A DNA stretch of 64,000 bases, from contig OZ176054.1 in NCBI GenBank assembly GCA_964247055.1, positions 13,471,746-13,535,745 on the forward strand, given 5' to 3'. Positions 12,935 through 24,500 of this stretch are shown one piece after another. The DNA is from Paragordius varius. Its lineage: Eukaryota; Animalia; Nematomorpha. Position numbers and translations under genes: made by a program. The stretch's first letter is position 1; each line of letters opens with the position of its first letter. The notes beneath the pieces were generated by a model. The model was not told where the DNA came from. It did no database searches and saw only the letters and a program-made list of their open reading frames with translations.

Positions 12935-13950
12935 CCAGGTGTAATCATAAGCAAATATCATTTTAACTACGAAAAGACGTTAGTTAAAAGTAGGGAAACG
13001 ATTAATTTGATACACATAACATTATATTAATTTGACATTAAACGACAAATACGCACAAGTTATGGCATACATTGTCATCAGGGGAAAAAACTGTAGAAAG
13101 TTATTGTTTGCTGGCCAGTACATTGGTGAGCATGTAACACATGGTAAACATAGCTTGGAAAAATTATAAATTGTGGTTTCGTGTGAATGAGTTTTGGGCG
13201 CTATGGAAGACAGTACAACTACAAAGATGATTAAGTCCAAGAATTTTTGGATAATCCCAAAACTCATTATTGGCAAAAATAACATCGATTACAAATATCA
13301 ATCATTAGACGTCTCCGAGAAATGGGATATGCCAATAAACTCAGTAAATGGGGCCAATACAATTTAAATGAACGTCAAATCAAAAATCGTAAAAACGTCA
13401 CAAGAAGTCATTAAATCGAATTGGGACGGGTGTTGAGAAAGTCCTTTATTATGTAAATCAAAAGGGGAAAAATCGTGGCATGCATGCCAAGTTCCACAAT
13501 AAAGCCAAATGGCTTCGACAAAACATTACACTTTCTGTTTGATGGGTCCAAAGCGGTATTAACAACTTTTGACCAAATTGTTTATAACCAACATGCTAAC
13601 AACTAACCATGCATTAATCAAAAAAAATCGGAAAAAGCTAGAAAACATGACAAAGTGGTTTGGCAAGATGACACTATGTCTCACACAGCAAACAATAAAA
13701 GTTACTTTAAAATCGATGTGAAATTTCCCACCGTTGAATATTTATAAAATGACCCCATCTATCAATACAACTATGCATGGGACACAGTCTCGTAGAACAG
13801 CATTTCAAATGACTTGAATGGTTGGCCGCAAAAGTCAATCAGTTTTTGCACGGGATTCATATATTAACCGAGAGATAAGCAAAATCAACTTTTAATATCA
13901 GAATGTTATTAGCCTCTACTAGATTGTATCTTAATTCTGTGCCCCATATA
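12935..13950 (+). mobile_element. Degenerate mariner element with pseudogenised Mos1-like transposase
   Basis: Left end TA|CCAGGTGT; translated fragments RLREMGYANKLSKWGQYNLNERQIKNRKN, SV*WVQSGI, DDTMSHTA, MGHSLVEQHF, WLAAK, GIHILTER resemble Mos1 motifs; many stops and frameshifts; right TIR not resolved. Confidence 0.85.
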
Positions 13951-14330
13951 GGGAATATTTTAAAAGAGTTATTTGAAAACGCGTCCTTTTGGCACAACTT
14001 AAGATAGATTATTGTGGGTGGATTTAAAATTATGTTTTTTGAATTAGAGAAAAATAACCCGTTGCCCATTGAAATAATAATTACAGGTTTTCGAAAATTA
14101 CTAACTACAATTTTATAATTTTAACACTGATGATCATATGATGATCCCAGAAATTTTGAGGCTTTACTATGTTGAGAGATTCATATAGATATACAAATTC
14201 AGGTGGACCTCCAATTATGGATAACTGGTTCAAGGCTTTGATTTATTGTAGGCTGATAGCATAATTTAGTAAGCTAAACCCAGTTTAATACAAATAACCA
14301 ATCACAATCGGCATAAAAAATAGCCAAGTT

Positions 14331-14488
14331 CAGTGATACTTAAACCGCGGTTCGTGGGCCGCATACGAGCCTAAAAGTGCCTTTTTATGGTCCTGTATAT
14401 CTGCAAATTTGTAAAAGAGTCATAAAATTCTCATCGGTTTTATGGCTGAGAAAGATTGGTCCTTTAAATTTTATGGTCAGTACCACTG
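14331..14488. mobile_element. Short hAT (Charlie-like) MITE
   Basis: CAGTGATACT...AGTACCACTG ends with GGGCCGCAT internal motif; related fragment at 27051. Confidence 0.55.
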
Positions 14489-15007
14489 GCTAAATCTATA
14501 AGTGACTTCAAATGTCCCCTACGTGGTAAATTGCCTCAAATTACGATATTTAAGGGCCCATTTCCAAATGGGATGGAAGCAGTTGTGACGATCGATATAA
14601 TCAGAATTTATGCTACTACCTCTGTGCATTATCGTATTGGTTACAAATAACGCTTTATAAACCTAGAGATATCGTTTTTTAAAAATAATTAATGCTTAAC
14701 TTAGGACAGGATCATTGATACGTACATAAATAACTGGGATATTTTCTGAAAATATAGTTAACTTTTTAAAATTATTATAAAAGATCTGGGCTAAAGACAG
14801 AAATTAATAAAAGCGCTTGTTATGCATATGGACGCATTATTCGCAAACAAAAATTAAATTCCATAGTCATTTCGAAAAATCGCTAATAACATAAAATTAA
14901 AAATTATAGCACAACAATATGTTTTGATTGAAAACAGTATATAAATGGCCTTTTTATATTTAAATATATAATTTCTAAATAATTGCTTTAGTTTAGTAAA
15001 TTACTTA

Positions 15008-15286
15008 CAGTAAAAACTGAAATTATACGGACAAAAGGTAAGACAAATATTTTTCAAAAGATAACCATACTTTTTTGAACCTTTATTTTCTCATACAAAT
15101 TATATAATTACAATTGTAAAATATATAATTGTTTTTTTACCAATATACATATCAATTTCCTACTTTGCGATTTCAAACAATGACTATTATTTAAATAATT
15201 CAATATTTAAAAAGCATGGTTTACCTTATAGAAAAAAATATTTGTCCTTATATTTTTACGTATAATTTTAATTTTAATTTTTACTG
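15008..15286. mobile_element. MITE family M1 copy
   Basis: TA|CAGTAAAAACTGAAATTATACGG...TTTTTACTG|TA. Confidence 0.85.
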
Positions 15287-15396
15287 TAATTATAATATGT
15301 GGATAGATAGAGAAATAAATCGAAAATTCATCCATATATTTTATTTCCATTGTTCACATTAAACCATCTGCATTCTTACCTTTAAAACAAAATTAT

Positions 15397-18300
15397 CTAC
15401 TGAGATATTTCATTCATAATGTTTCGATATTTCAATTGTGTTCGATGCATATCAAGAAAAATCTCATATTTTGCCGCATAAAAAGCAGTTAGATGGGAAT
15501 AAGGTCGTAAAATTTGGCCATCACATTTCATTCGGTCCATCATATCCTATCAATTAAAAAAAAAAACTTAAAATTTAAATTAAAAAATTTCAAATAAAAT
15601 TTTAAATTTATCCAAAAAACTTGTTCTTACAAAAACTTTGAGTGGACTGGATTGTGGCAAACAATTTTTTTCGTAAGTATAGGCACCCATTAAAGCAATA
15701 CCCAGCATTACACAATGCTCTTGATTGGCGGGTAGTATGACAATTTTACCTTTAAAATGTGACAAGTTTATGGTTAAATTACAATAAAAACTGAAATTAT
15801 ATGGACAAAATGTAAAAATATAAAGGCAAATATTTTTTCTAAAAGACAACCAACTATTTATATTTTAAATTTTATTTCAATATAACTCATTGTTTTAAAT
15901 GGCAGTGAAACAGAGATAAATATTACTAACACAATCAATTCTATTAACAATTGTAACTAAATAGCTTATATGAAAAAAATTAAAGTATAAAAAAGTATGG
16001 TTGTCGTTTAGATAAAAATAATTGCCTTTATTTTTTCATGTTTTGTCCGTATAATTTCAATTTTTACTGTATAAAAATAGTGTATATAGCAAACTTCTTT
16101 TAGTGTAGTATACGCGATATCACAAAAATGTAAAAAATTTATTTATCAATAAGGATAATTTCAAACAAAAAAAGTTAAAATATGCCCACAAAAAAGTTTC
16201 TCAAAAAATATTTGACTGTTAAAAGAAATTACCAGTAACATCGGCAACTATTTGAGCAAACAAAGTATTATGACATAATCCACCGCCAATATGGATCACA
16301 TCAATCTTATATCCACCTTCCGTAATAAGTTTGCTTATTATGAGCCTAATATATTTTTTATAAATAAAAGGAAAAGATTTTTATAGAATATACAGTAAAA
16401 ATTATAGAGACAAAACGTAAAGACGAATATTTTTTATCAAAAGACAACCAAACTTTTTTAACCTTAATTTTTACTATGTAAATTATTTAACTAGAATTGT
16501 AAATATATAAATGATTGTGTTACCAATTTACATATTTATTTTAATACTTTGCAATAAAACAATGAGTTTACAAAAAAATCACAAGTTTAAAAAAGTATTG
16601 TGGTGGTCTTTTGAAAATAAACTTTGTGTCTTTATGTTTAACATTGGTTATAATTATTTTTTTTCTTAATATATGTTAGAAATAATTCAAAATTAATATA
16701 TATATGGATATAAATTAATACCTAACACCCATAGCTAAAGCTTGCATAAGTGCAATGTATAAGGCAACCATAGAACTTGTAGTCAAGACATCCATTCCAA
16801 TAATCTAAAGAAAATGTTAAATTCTCTTTTCTTGGGTAAAAATTTAAATCTGTTAATACCTATTAAAATGATTATATTATAATATAATCAATTGGTTTTC
16901 TTTATGACCTTCGGACTCCAAATTAGGCATTTATATAAATTAGTCGCTTAGATTTTCGAAAATATTATTTACCATTTACAATTCAAATTCGCCCTTAAAA
17001 AATTCAAAACCCTAAAATAAAAGATTAAATATTTCTTATATTTTTTTTATACTTTTAAAAAATGAAATTTTGTTTAAAATATAAATAATACTGAAAAAAT
17101 GATAAACTATGCCATAAAGATATATTTCATATTAATAACACTAGTCGACAAATTTGGACATTTTTAAACACCACCACTCAAACTTTTTAAATTATGACTA
17201 ATTTCAGTGTTTTAAAACCGAATTTGAAAAAAAAATTGATCCCGCCAATCAGAATTTTGAAATTTTATAGGTTTTTCAATTTTTCAAAAACAAGTGAAAA
17301 TCGAGAGATAATTAAATATAACTTATAATAAAATGTTATTATATTATAAACTTAATATCATTTAATAAAGCGTTTTAAACTCTATCTTTTGAATATAAAT
17401 ATGTCATTTAAATATCAGAGAGAAAAAAATAGTACGGACTTAAACGTCAAAATTTAGTCTTTTTCTTTCAAGTGAATTTTTAATACGTATAAAAATTTTT
17501 TAAAAAAAACTAAAAAAGGCATTCTATGGTTTAAACCTTCGGCTTTTAGATAGGCTATATTTTTTTTGTTAGTTTTCGTCCTTTAGAGTACTTATTAGGC
17601 TTTTTTTCTTGAGTTGGTTCTTACAAAAAATCCTTTATTTATACCTAGTGGATATGCTTTATTTTTTAAAATTATTGGTTGTTTTGTATTTTTAATTTCA
17701 GATGGATGTTGTGTAACCACTTTTAGTAGAATTTACTATTATGGGATTGGACCATTTGTATTTACGTAATCTTTTTATTCAATTTAATTGTAGAATTTAT
17801 CTAACTTTATTCTGTGAATTGGTTAATTTGACATGTCAATTTGCCTGGATTTTGCTTGCAAGTCTCTCTTATCGGGCTTTACGATTACTTATTGTTATCT
17901 TTGCCATATCTGGCATAATTGGATCGCTTGGGGGATATGCAGAGCTTGTGCAGCCGCCCGGATCTATCACACTATACTAAGCCCTTTTAATTTTTAATAC
18001 TTTGGCTCTTAGCATGTTTAGTATCTTATTTAATGCCTAGAATTTGTTATCCATGCATGAAAAATTACTTGTATCGACTTGCTTGTTTGAATATTTAAAC
18101 ATATGTACACGAGGAATGATTGCTATTTTTGAATTAAATACAAATTTAAAAATTAAATTTTGGAAAAATCCTATTGGTGGCCTCAATTTTCTTTTTTGTT
18201 TTGGCCTTTCCATGCCATTAGGTATCAGAAAATGCAAAAATAATGGGGTGGTGCAAAACCTTGTTGAGCAGTGTAATATTTCGGAAACATAATATATTTT

Positions 18301-21300
18301 TAGGGTGATTTTGAATTGTTCAAGATTGAATTTGAATTGCGAAGGCGAGTTTGAACTGTAAATGGTATATATGATTAAAAAATGTTCTACTTTAGCTAAT
18401 CTTTCGATTTTTTTGTGGTTTTAGCTTGTTTGATAAAAATAAGTCCAGTTTAATTTATTCCGTAGCTCATAAAAATAATGTTTTTAGGTTTGTGAAACAA
18501 ATACATTTTCGCACGTATTTAATGAATTAACTGCCCTTTGCGGTTGAAACGCCAAGTCAACACTAAGGACAGCACTTTTCTTTAGCCATATATAGAGGTA
18601 TGAAATCGTTTTTATTTCACAGAATTGTTTATTTTTGACAATTCTTAAGCGATTCCTTGGCTAGAATGACATAAAATTCAAACAGCTGTTCTAAACCACC
18701 AAAATGATATTGGCTATAAAAGTATTTTAAATTATAAAAACATGGATGGACGAGACTGACCTCAATTGTAAAAAAACATGATAAATGAGATCTAAAACAG
18801 AAATAGAGTTTTTTACAATGTGTGTGCAATAAAGGTTTAAAATTTCCGGGATATCATTCAAAAAACATAGAAAAAGATGATAAAAATCCATTTCATATAA
18901 AAGGATTTGAATTTACTTTATTTTAAATGAGGGTTATAAAACATAACTAAATTTTTACCATTCCCCGAAGGTCAGGATCAGAAAAGGGTGATCGATTTCC
19001 AGTAAAATCTGGCCAGATATGAATGTGACGAGTCACATCTACAATTGTCTGGCTGTTTGTGGAATCAAAAAGCAAAGGTCCGATATTAGAACAATCTAGA
19101 ACAATATATGTATATTAATGTTGGTTGGGCTATTGGGAATACACTCGCGTATGATATAAAACGAATGTTCTCCATGATTAAATAAAATTTAATGTTGTAA
19201 GGAGTAGGAAAAAAATGTAATTTCAGCCATTAGTACTTTTTTACACATATGCTACTGTGTTGCCAATTTTACTAGTAATATATTATCCGTTTTTTACAAA
19301 AGTGAAAAATTATTTACATTTAAGTTCATAAACAGCGCAAAACTTAATTATATAATGAAAACTAAAGTGTTAAAGCTTAAAATATTTTAAACCAATAGAG
19401 GTTTGGTTAGGTAGAAATTGTTTGATAATCGATTTTAATATTAAAATTCTCTCCGTTTTTCAAAAGTGAAACTTATTCGCATACAAGTTCATAAACAGCG
19501 CAAAACCTAATTATATAATGAAAAGTAAAGTGTTAAAGCTTAAAATATTTTAAACCGATAGAGGTTTGATGAGGTAGAAATTGTTTGATAATCAATTTCT
19601 CTATCCGAGAATGGTAATTTTCCATGTTATGATTCGTGCTAACTAATTCAGAATTAGGATTAATAGATTGATTCGTATATTTATCATCATCAACATTCCC
19701 ACAAGAAGGAGTCATTGAAAGAAATTGTTTGAAAAGAACATCAAAACTTTTTCCAGCAAAAGTTTGGCCTCCTTCGTGCGTGTAAAAACCCGTAAAAATA
19801 GCTGAGTAATATGGACCTACACCAAAAGTAAATATAAACATTTTTATAAAAGGAGTTTTTAGCCTATTCGAATATATAAAATATATCCATTTGTATTAAA
19901 TACTTTTTAAACTACTTTAATATATCGCATTGACTGGTCATTTAAACGAATTTTTTTGTAAGTTAATATGATATGATATGATATTACTATACCTACAACA
20001 AAAATCAAATTTATCTTTATAAGTCTTCCACTTAAAATTAACAGTAAAAACTAAAATTATACGGACAAAACGTAAAAATATAAAGACAAATATTTTTTTC
20101 TAAAAGACAACCATACTTTATAAATCTAGAATCATATCAATATAAAAATTGTTTAAAATGGCAAAGTGTGAAATGGAGATATATAGTCTTAAAACAATCA
20201 ATTCTTTATTTTACAATTATAACTAAATGGTTTATAAGAGAAAAATTAATGTTTTATAAGTATGGCTCTCTTTTAGAAAAAAATATTTGTCTTCATATTT
20301 TCACGTTTTGTCCGTATAATTTCAATTTTTACCTATTAACTTATCCAATATAACAACATCATAAATATTTTCACAAAAATTAACCCCCCTCATATATGAT
20401 ATAATGATTAAACCACATAATATTGCGTAAAGGATGTAAAAACCGACTGACCCCATATGCCTTCAACAAATGCAGCATTTTGTTGAGATATTAACAAACA
20501 ATTCGAAGTTCCAGTCATAAGAACCAAAGTATGTGGTATCCTTGAATCTGAATGAATTAAACAAAAAAGCAAACTGTTTCGTTAAAAATGTCTCTTCTAT
20601 GGCAAACAAAGCATATAATTTGATTAAAATAATAATTGAATTAATAAAGGGCGCTCATAGTTTTTCGGTTTTCTATAAATTGAGTTATTACTACAGTATA
20701 GATATGTTAAACTTATTTGTTGATGATATAATTAACTTATGGTTTCCAATTCAAATTCACACTTAAACAATTCAAACAACACCCTAAATATAAACTATGT
20801 GTTTTCGGGTTAAAACTCATTATTATTATGAAATATATCTTTATGGCATAATTTGTTATTTTTTCAATATTATATTAATTTTAAACAACATTTTATTTTT
20901 TTAAGAAATACAAGAATAATATAGGTAATTTTTAATCCTAAAAACTACATAGTTTATTTAGGGTGAATTTGAATTGTTCAAGGGTGAATTTGAAGTGTAA
21001 ATGGTATATATAATTATTAATCAACGAACAATACAATCAAGAAATCTAAAAAATACCAAAAAATTACGTTTTTTTCTATTCAATTTTACGAAAATGTATT
21101 CATATATTTTACCAATACTCGCTTTAGAATCCACTGCGGTATCTTTAGAATTTCGTGAACAAATATTTGAAGTAAGTAATCCAATAGATCCAGCATGTGC
21201 ATCTATCATAGAAGGACCAACTATCAAAGCATTTTGCATTAATGCATTCGAAAGCAATATTTCATATTCATTTTCATTTCTAATTCAAAAGTAATGTGCT

Positions 21301-21517
21301 TATACTGTATATAATAAATGTGATAATATTCTTATATTCTAAAAATGCTAAAATTACAGTAAAAATGAAATTATACGGACAAAACAGGTAAAAATATAAA
21401 GACAAATATATTTGATTCTAAATGACAATAAAACTTTTTAAATCTTGATTTATACGATTACAAATAATTGTTTGAAACTGCAAGTATGAAATAGAGATGT
21501 ATATCGTAATAAGATTA

Positions 21518-21562
<45 letters not shown>

Positions 21563-24500
21563 CTTTAATTACACTGGACAACAAATTTTTATGCCAATCG
21601 AGTTTTTTGCATTTTCTGATATTTAGTATCATTTTAACAGTAAATCTGAAATGAAAATTATAACTCGTTGGAAGAATTTGTATAATTTGATTTTTTAGAT
21701 TATGCGCCCTCTTTAAATTTTACTAAAAAATGTTTTTCTTTGAAAATATACAAGAAATGCCCATTTGTAATATATCATTCGAAAGAGTATTAAAAAATCT
21801 ATAAAATGCATACTAATATGTATTACATCGACAGTTAATATTGGAGAGCGACAAACACGCGAAGCGAGAGCATTTTTTTTAATTATTATATTTTTAAAAC
21901 TAATGGATGAAAATAGCTCACACTTTGTTTAGATGGTGATGAATGTCCAAAAAAGATAACACAAGAAAGTTTTTTTGATTAAAACATTTTTTTATTGCTT
22001 TTATATCACTCAAAACAGCTATTTTTAAGTTTTTTGTTTTTTGAAAATTACCATCTCATCAATATTAATTTATTTTCTTTGCGAGGCTACTAATTTCAAA
22101 ATTGTAAGGATGAAAATAAAGTTTAAGGTATTTTTGATCTTTTATAGCATGTAATTAATTTACAGTTATAACTATGCATTTTAGTATCCACTAGGTAAAA
22201 TAATTATGATATTAATAATTTTTATTAAAAAAGCAAACCAAAAGCTTTTTCAAACATTTTTAAATTAAATACTAATATAACCCTTATAATTATATTAAAA
22301 TAATATATATGATTTTCAAATTAGTTTGTCTGTGAAAATTCTTGACTTATTTAAGGATTGAAAATTTCGACCATTTAAATCCAAATAACTTTTACATCCG
22401 ATTGATTTAAATGATTAACTACCATTTAAAAGATGCAGTTTTTTGCGCTCTTTCGAATGATATAAAATACATGGCTTCATATCTAAAACTTTAAAGTTTC
22501 GAAATTTCGAGTTTAATGTTAAATCGGGGCCAAAAATTATCGATAAACTCTTATATAAAAAAATTCTTGCATGCTAGACCAATTTTCTTTTCAGATATAC
22601 TAATTATGTACTTTAATGAAATAAATTTTAAATTTACAAGAATGGCAGTTAAAAAAAGTTAAAATTTGTTGTCTAGTGTTATTTATTTATAAGGGAAATA
22701 AGGTCAAAAAGTATGTTTGTCTTCTTTTAAAAAAATATTTGTCTTTATATTTTTACTCTAATATTTATCTGGAAAAGGATAAATAGAGGGAGCCTTAAAA
22801 AAATAAAAAGTATTCTAATGTGTGTGTTTTCATACGTAAAAGTTAAAGGTCCCTCAACCCCATCTAAGAAATAAGGTTTTTGCCCAAAATGTAAGGCATT
22901 CCTTTCTGATAATTCAGGCAATCCTATAAAAATATCAACCATTGTTCATAAAATGATATTATAGTAAAAATTATGCGGGCAAATTGTAAAAACATAAAGA
23001 CAAATATTTTTTTTCTAAAAAAACACTTTTTTACCTCAATTTTTTAATATAACTCATTGATTGCAATTTATAAAATTGATATGTATATTGGTGACACAAT
23101 CAATTCTATATATAACAATAGTAATTAAATAGCTTATATGGAAAAAATTAAGGTTTGAAAAAGTATGGTTGTCTTCTTTTAAAAAAATATTTGTCTTTAT
23201 ATTTTTACTCTAATATTTATCTGGAAAAGGATAAATAGAGGGAGCCTTAAAAAAATAAAAAGTATTCTAATGTGTGTGTTTTCATACGTAAAAGTTAAAG
23301 GTCCCTCAACCCCATCTAAGAAATAAGGTTTTTGCCCAAAATTTAAACCATGATTTTCGCCATCATTCCTTTTTGAAAATTCCGGCAATCCTATAAAAAA
23401 ATCAACCATTGTTTAAAAAATGATATTACAGTAAAAATTATGCGGGCAACATGTAAAAACATAAAGACAAATATTTTTTTTCTAAAAAAAAATTATACTT
23501 TTTTTAACTCATTTTTTTAAAATACTCATTGTTTCAAATTGCAATTTGTAAAATTAATATGTATATTGGGGACACAATCAATTCTATTTATATACGTAAT
23601 TAAATAGCTTATATAAAAAAATTTAATGTTTAAAAAGTATGGTTGTCTTTTAGAAAAAAATTTTTGCCTTTTTACTTTAACGTTCTGTCCGTATAATTTA
23701 AATTTTTACTGCAAGATAATAAATTAACCATAAATACCAATTTTGGTGTAAAATTCGCCTGGCCATTCACCCAGCAGTGCTATATTTCCCAGAAATATAT
23801 TTTAGTTTAAAATTGTCCTTTATTTCAATATAAAATACTTATCAAATGATAGAAAAATGATATAAAATTATACTATTTTTCGTGGTTTGAATGAATTGAT
23901 AATTCCACTTGCAAACGGAAGTACAAACGGATCTATTATAGGGCATAAACATAAGTTTATAAGTTTTTTAAGAAGACTATATTAATTATTATATATTATA
24001 TAGGTAATAAGGTCTCTTTCGCCACTAGAAAATCCATTGATTGTGAAATATATACACCATTTACAGTTCAAATTCACCCTTGAACAATTCGAATTCATCC
24101 TTGAACAATTCAAATTCACCCTAAAAATAAATTATGTGTTTACGAACTAATATAACTCATTATTAATATAAAATATATCTTTATCGCATAATTTATTATT
24201 TTTTCAATATTATTTTAATTTAAAACAAAATTATATTTTTTATAAATATACTAAAATATAGGTAATTTTAATTCTTAAAATATAGGTAATTTTAAATCTT
24301 AAAAAACATGTTATTTTATTTATTTGAGGGTGAATTTGAATTGTTCGAGGGTGAGTATGAATTGTTCAAGAGTGAATTTGAATTGTTTAAGGGTGAATTT
24401 GAATTGTAAATGGTATATATAGGTTAGAATAATGAATTCCTTTTATTTACAGTAAAATTGAAATTATATGGAGAAAACCTAAAAGTATAACAAAAATATT

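Noticed and set aside
12758-14660. Possible extra minus-strand exons (12758-12961, 13857-14069, ~14120-14230, ~14525-14660) linking to the membrane ORF at 11529
   Set aside because: Splice phases could not be made consistent, no family was recognised, and one ORF overlaps the mariner end; needs RNA-seq
309-20353. Short ORFs containing KNICLYIFTFCPYNF-like text (309-494, 9983-10204, start of 15580-15849, 20168-20353)
   Set aside because: They are translations of the M1 MITE terminal repeat, not genes
23738-23873. Apparent stops and frameshift suggesting FGGY is a pseudogene
   Set aside because: Using the acceptor AAATATAG at 23780 gives an open 42-nt exon (TLLGEWPGEFYTKIG) with correct phases, so the stops are intronic
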